This document shows, piece by piece, positions 8,377-13,117 of a DNA stretch of 13,117 nucleotides. The notes beneath the pieces are model-generated. The model was not told the DNA's origin, searched no databases, and saw only the letters and a list, made by a program, of their open reading frames with translations. Source of the DNA: Vitrella brassicaformis CCMP3155 (taxonomy: Eukaryota > Protista > Chromerida); NCBI GenBank assembly GCA_001179505.1, contig CDMY01000883.1, positions 1-13,117 on the forward strand, written 5' to 3'. How positions within the stretch are numbered: the first letter of the stretch is position 1; each line of letters opens with the position of its first letter. Made by a program: the position numbers and the translations under genes.

Positions 8377-9767
8377 TCAGAACTCGCGGGATTCGGCTGC
8401 CGCATCACATCCCCCTCGCGCGTAGTACTCGCAGTCTAGGTTGCCGAGTGCGTTGAGGTCTGAGGGCGCCAGGCTGCTCGTCACGCCCCTGGGGCTGGTC
8501 TGACCACGCACACGCGGGGCCAGGCCCACCCGGAGCGACCCGCACCCCGTCATGTCCGCACAGCCCTTGATGAAGGACTGCAGAGACTCGTTGCCGTCGC
8601 GGCCAAATTGACTGACGAAACACAGACAACCATCCCATCCACCATCTGCGTGTCGGGGTGTGTGTGTGTGTGTCTGTGAGGGCTGGTTACCCGATCCACT
8701 GCTCGCGCCCCTGGTGCTGGACACCGACGTTGGCGCGCGAGAGCATACCGGGGAACTCCTCGAAGTCAGCGGCGCCCATGAGCGTACGTGTGTCGTTGGT
8801 GGAGGCGGTGGGGAAGACGACGGTGCCGTTCTCGTCCTGGATCTCGACAAACACCTCCTTGGCCACGGTGCCGTCCTTGTCGATCAACGTCATGCCCGCT
8901 GTTGACAAAATGTCATGTGGGACAAAGGGGAAAGGTGGGCGGGGAATAATGTGGGTCGGATGTCTGCGCATGTGTGTGTGTCTGTCTTTGGGTGTGTGTC
9001 GGTTGTCTACCGTAGCTGACGACAAGTTCCCACCCGCCGCCCATGTGGATGACTATGATGCCGCTCGGCGTCTTGATAAAACTCTGGACCGTGCCGTAGA
9101 ACTACACACACACACACACACAGACGCACAGACACGTTCACGTCTTGCCTCTCCCCCTCCCTCCTCGCTGCTTTGCTTGCCTCAGATGTGTCGTTGAATG
9201 TGAGGTGGACGCTCTCAAGCTTCGACACGGCGTCGAGGTTGAGGCCGAGGATGGACGACACTGGCAGATGGTGGTAGTAGGGGGCCATCTCTGCACATCC
9301 ACAACACAACACAACGAATGAATGACACACACACGCGCACACATGTCCAACGAAGATGATCTGAGTGGTTCTCTTCCCTTCCTGCTGTGATGTGCGCCGC
9401 TTACGGACGGGTGTGGCGAGGTCGTCGTCGGTGCGGATGACGCCGTGCTCGTCAATCTCGACTGAACAAACAACACACAAACCACACACACACCAGAAAG
9501 TCCTTCATGTGCTGTCCGTTGCGTCATCCATCGCCCCCTCCTTCACTCACCGTCATCTCCGAAGATCTGCAGCTTCCGCAGGGCAGGGGAGGCAGCCACG
9601 GCGCTGAGGCAATGGACACACACACACACACGCACAAGCAGGGAGGCAGCTCCATTCCGTGCCCTTGTGCCCCTTCCCTCTCTCTTCTTGTGAGTCATGA
9701 TATGTGTTGCCCACCAGCACAGGGCTGCAGCAACCAACAAAGCGAGCGCGTTGGGGACCACAGACAT
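8377..9767 (-). CDS. Secreted protein of unknown function, about 268 aa. 7 exons: 9767-9715, 9603-9551, 9461-9405, 9290-9181, 9101-9011, 8898-8691, 8611-8377
   Basis: The spliced CDS is 807 nt and open throughout: MSVVPNALALLVAAALCCAVAASPALRKLQIFGDDVEIDEHGVIRTDDDLATPVQMAPYYHHLPVSSILGLNLDAVSKLESVHLTFNDTSEFYGTVQSFIK...CDAAAESREF*. It has an N-terminal signal peptide and GC3-biased exons; intron 4 uses a GC donor (or a GT 42 nt further in). Confidence 0.8.
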
Positions 9768-9919
9768 TGAAGCGATGTGAATGAGTTAGTGCGATAGAAT
9801 GGGGGAGTGGATGCGATGAAGAGTCGACCGAAAAGGGCCGCTCAGCGGTAGTGGTGCGATATGTGCGATAGATCTGTGACGACGCTGCGGTTAGCTTGTT
9901 GGTTGATTCTCGCCTTCTC

Positions 9920-9976
9920 AAACCCGACAAACCCTAAGCAGCAGCGGTTTCACGAAGCGCCCTAGACAAACCCTAA
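9920..9976. promoter_or_regulatory. Telo-box motifs (AAACCCTAA x2) in the bidirectional promoter between two divergent genes
   Basis: aaaccctaa at 9929-9937 and 9968-9976, plus aaaccc at 9920-9925. Confidence 0.55.
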
Positions 9977-10303
9977 CGTGCGCGTGCGAGCTCAACGGCG
10001 TTTGTGTCTTCGCCTTTTTTCACCCTCTTTGCTCGCCCCATCCCCTTTTCACCTCTTCGGTTTGCTTCCTTTGCTCGTCCTTAAAGGGCTTTTCACTGTT
10101 CTGCGCGGCCCCACTTCTCCGTGTCGTCCGCGAGTTCGTCTGCCTCTGTTCCCAGTTCCTTTTGCGGTTTTCCAGCGTCTGTGTTGCGTCCGTATCCCTT
10201 GACTGAGTGGGTGGAGGCTTCCCAGAAGATCCCCACCTTCCCCCCAGCCATTCCTTCCCAGAAGGCCGTCTGTACCGTCCCTTCCCGCTGTCGTCGCGTA
10301 CGT

Positions 10304-11005
10304 ATGGGTGTGTTTCGGGCTGCCGTGGTTTCCCTGATCACCAACGCCCTGCTTGTGGGTGAGTGTGGCACACACGGAAGGAAATAGAGATGGAGGGAGG
10401 GAGTCACCTCCGTGCTCTGACTGTGCTCTGATTGTCTCTGTGTGTGTGTGCAGGTGCTGCTGTGTTGCAAGTCCCCCCTCCCCACGATGCCCACCGTTGT
10501 GAGTGGACGTGCCTTGACACCACTGGCCTGATGGCCGTGTGCGGCAGTGACGGCCAAACCTACCCCAGTGTGTGTGCGATGGAGCAGCAGAGCTGCCGCA
10601 ACGCCCTCCAGGGCATTACACAAGTCACCCTTGCCGCCGACCACCCCTGCAGCGATGATACCCACCGTGGTGAGTGAGAGCTGGACGATCACATGACGAC
10701 TCGATGATGTCCTTGGATACCCCGTGTGTGTCTTGGTTGGTTGGTTGGGTGGTCCGGTCCGTGCAGATGTGTGTGGATCCTTCGAGTGCCTCGACACCTC
10801 CGGCTTCAACAAGGTGTGCGGCTCCGACGGCCGCACCTACACCTCACCATGCCACTTGGAGCGCGCCCAGTGCCGCAGCCCATCTCTGTCTGTCCGGTCA
10901 CACGGCCCCTGTGCATCCGTCGCCGCCGCCCGCCGCTCTCTTGATCGCAAGGAGTGGCGCATCTTCACCGCCCTCAGCAGATTCACCAGCAGGAACGGAC
11001 GGTAG
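10304..11005 (+). CDS. Secreted Kazal-type serine protease inhibitor with two Kazal domains, 169 aa; exons 10304-10358, 10454-10669, 10767-11005
   Basis: Signal peptide MGVFRAAVVSLITNALLVGAAV. Domains CEWTCLDTTGLMAVCGSDGQTYPSVCAMEQQSC...HPC and CGSFECLDTSGFNKVCGSDGRTYTSPCHLERAQC...HGPC (VCGSDGxTY, six Cys each). Two phase-1 GTGAGT..CAG introns; 510 nt CDS. Confidence 0.93.
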
Positions 11006-12275
11006 ATCAAGAAGCAAGAAGGCCGTGAGCCGGCCGTGATCGCTTGACTGACCGAGGGGCTGGATGGGCTGATTGAGTGATGGGCGTGTGCTGGTGTGGT
11101 GTGCGGTGCCATGTTGTCAACACGGGGGCGAGGCAACAACTTTTTTGTATGTCGGTCTCTGTCTGTCTTTGTGTGTGACTGTGTATTTGGCACACGTGTG
11201 GTCAGCCTGTGTGGAGCCCTCTGGTGTGTCGACGGACACGAGGGGCATCGCATGGGTTGCTGTCGGCTGGGGCGCGGCGCAGCACGTGGGCGCGTGTGTA
11301 TCACGTGGTTGGCCTTTTTCTGTATCCACCCATCTGTCTGTCGGTCCGCGTGTGCGTGTTTTGAGCACACGAAAGGACAATTCGCTATGGTAGGAGGTCG
11401 GTACACGAATTAGCTGACTGGAGGGAGACCGACACAACAATTCGAGACGGCGTGCGTACTGGTGGTGGATCTGCTGGTCGGTGCAAAGGGGAAGGTGCTG
11501 TGAGGCGGGCAGGCAGGAAGGTTTATGTTGCGCTGGCTAATCAATTGTCTGATGGATGCGACAGACACTGACTGCAGCCAGGACGGTACGGGTGGATGGA
11601 TGGACAAGGCCCCCCCCTCTATACCTGTGTGTGCCTGCATGCCCTCTGGTGCACGTGTTGCTGTGTGCGATTGATGTGTGTGAATGCCTATTTAACAAGT
11701 GTATGTGTGTGCGTGAGATGGGTGTCACCCGCTGTCTGCCGCTATGTATGTGTCTTTCTTGTCCATTCATCCATCCATCGCACCCGATTGACATTCGCAT
11801 GCTGCACCATGGCCACCCATCCATCCCCACATCCATCCATCCATCCATCTGTGTCTGGTGGTGTACAGCTCTCCCTCTGGATGGACACATCAGTCAGTGC
11901 GTGACGTGAGTGACTCTTTATCGGGACGAGTGATGCCATTGACTGATTGATGTGTGTGTATGTTATGTATAGCTATCGATGCAGCGTGGCTGACATGTAC
12001 TGTACATGTGTGAAGTGTCGTGTGGTGGCCATCGCGGGGTGTGTGGATTTATGGTCTCGTTTCCGTGAGTGTACAGGCGTCTCTTGTGCGTGAACAGACA
12101 TCCATTACCAAACACGAATGGCTCGTATATCTGATATCCGTCCCCTGCGTCTTATCCCCATCGATTCACAGATATCAATTCACAGATATCGCACGGCTGT
12201 ACGGGCGGTACACACGCAGTACTCGCAAGCGACAAACCGAAAAGTGAGTGCTGAGATCGGTCTGTGCGTGTGCTA

Positions 12276-13117
12276 TCACGGCGATGCGTTGCCGTCGTTG
12301 GCGCTGTTCTCCTGCGCAGCTGAGGCATCCTCACCTATCAAATAACCACACACGCACACATGTGTCTGATGCGGGTCGACCATCTGTCGTCCGCTGTGTG
12401 TCCCTCCCCCTCGTGTGAACCTCCGCTGTCCTCTCCGTCGCTGTCGTCGTCCATATCATCCCAACCGCCGCCATGGCCGTCGGAATCTACACCACACAGA
12501 CAGACAGAGAAGAAATGCCATCCATCCATCCATGACCACCATGTGTGTGTCCCATCCTCCCCTGACCGCACCGTCGTCATCGTCATCCTGCTGCTGTTGT
12601 ACTTGTCCGTCGAAGACGTATGGCGCCACTCGCCCCAGCGCCACACGGGCCAGCTGAGTGGTCACGGGGTAGCGGTCCTTGAAAGGCGCATCCTCACTCA
12701 CACGAGCCGCAGGCGCCTCGGTTGTCTTAACAATAACCATTACTGCAGACAATGACAGTCAGAAAGAAAGGAGAAATGTGGCAGTTGACGAGCAAAGCTG
12801 CCTGTCTATCGACCTGACCGGTGCCGTCCCCCCAAACCGAAATGCCAATCCACGCGACGAAGTCGTGGCTGGTGTTGGTGAGCACCAGAATCCGCCAACG
12901 ACCACCCCCGCTGAATGTGGTGGTGCATCCGGCCACCGGTGTGTGGGGCGACTGGGTGAGGAGGCCATCCAGACGGCCGCCACCAACACGCCTGAACCAA
13001 CCACACACACACATACACACACACACACATACACACACATACACACACATACAGTAATCAGACCACTCTCGCCACTGGTGGCATTGATGTGTTACCTGTT
13101 GAGTCGTATCCTTGTGC
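12276..13117 (-). CDS. Uncharacterised family protein, copy B (3' part; continues beyond the right edge). Exons 13117-13096, 12991-12819, 12742-12572, 12486-12421, 12334-12276
   Basis: TRIRLN|RRVGGGRLDGLLTQSPHTPVAGCTTTFS...|VMVIVKTTEAPAARVSEDAPFKDRYPVTTQL...|DSDGHGGGWDDMDDDSDGEDSG|GEDASAAQENSANDGNASP*. All four introns are GT..AG at the same positions and phases as copy A. Confidence 0.85.
13001..13053. repeat. (CA)n/CATA interrupted microsatellite in an intron of copy B; homologous (GT)n at 4067-4106
   Basis: Direct reading of the sequence. Confidence 0.9.

Noticed and set aside
10121-10303. In-frame GTG-initiated N-terminal extension of the Kazal gene
   Set aside because: No ATG, pyrimidine-rich UTR-like composition, and the signal peptide begins properly at ATG 10304
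11006-12270. Numerous 60-190 aa ORFs between the Kazal gene and copy B
   Set aside because: Dominated by GT/CA/GATG simple repeats with no consistent exon chain or recognisable motif
1-13117. CRISPR arrays, tRNA/rRNA genes, interstitial telomere arrays, prokaryotic operons
   Set aside because: No regularly spaced repeats, cloverleaf or rRNA-like segments were seen; the AAACCCTA motifs are isolated rather than tandem; the sequence is spliceosomal-intron eukaryotic DNA

Overview
Eukaryotic, intron-rich genomic DNA. GC3-rich exons, 60-110 nt introns full of (CA)n/(GT)n/(CTGT)n/(GATG)n, and the gene content resemble the chromerid Vitrella brassicaformis (inference from style, not a database match). 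From left to right: (1) a decayed, internally deleted Ty1/copia LTR retrotransposon on + (gag with zinc knuckle, RT C-terminal half, 300-N gap, RNase H, PPT, probable 3' LTR) abutting, and probably interrupting, a minus-strand signal-peptide gene; (2) a multi-exon + strand member of an uncharacterised gene family (about 3.19-4.81 kb) that looks damaged; (3) a complete 10-exon minus-strand TCAIM/DUF4460-like mitochondrial protein gene (7624-5595); (4) a 7-exon minus-strand secreted protein of unknown function (9767-8377), head-to-head with (5) a 3-exon secreted two-domain Kazal protease inhibitor (10304-11005); (6) an inverted paralog of gene 2 entering from the right edge (13117-12276). I assembled the exon structures by hand, and all splice phases are consistent except one mutated acceptor. 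No RNA genes or CRISPR arrays were seen.
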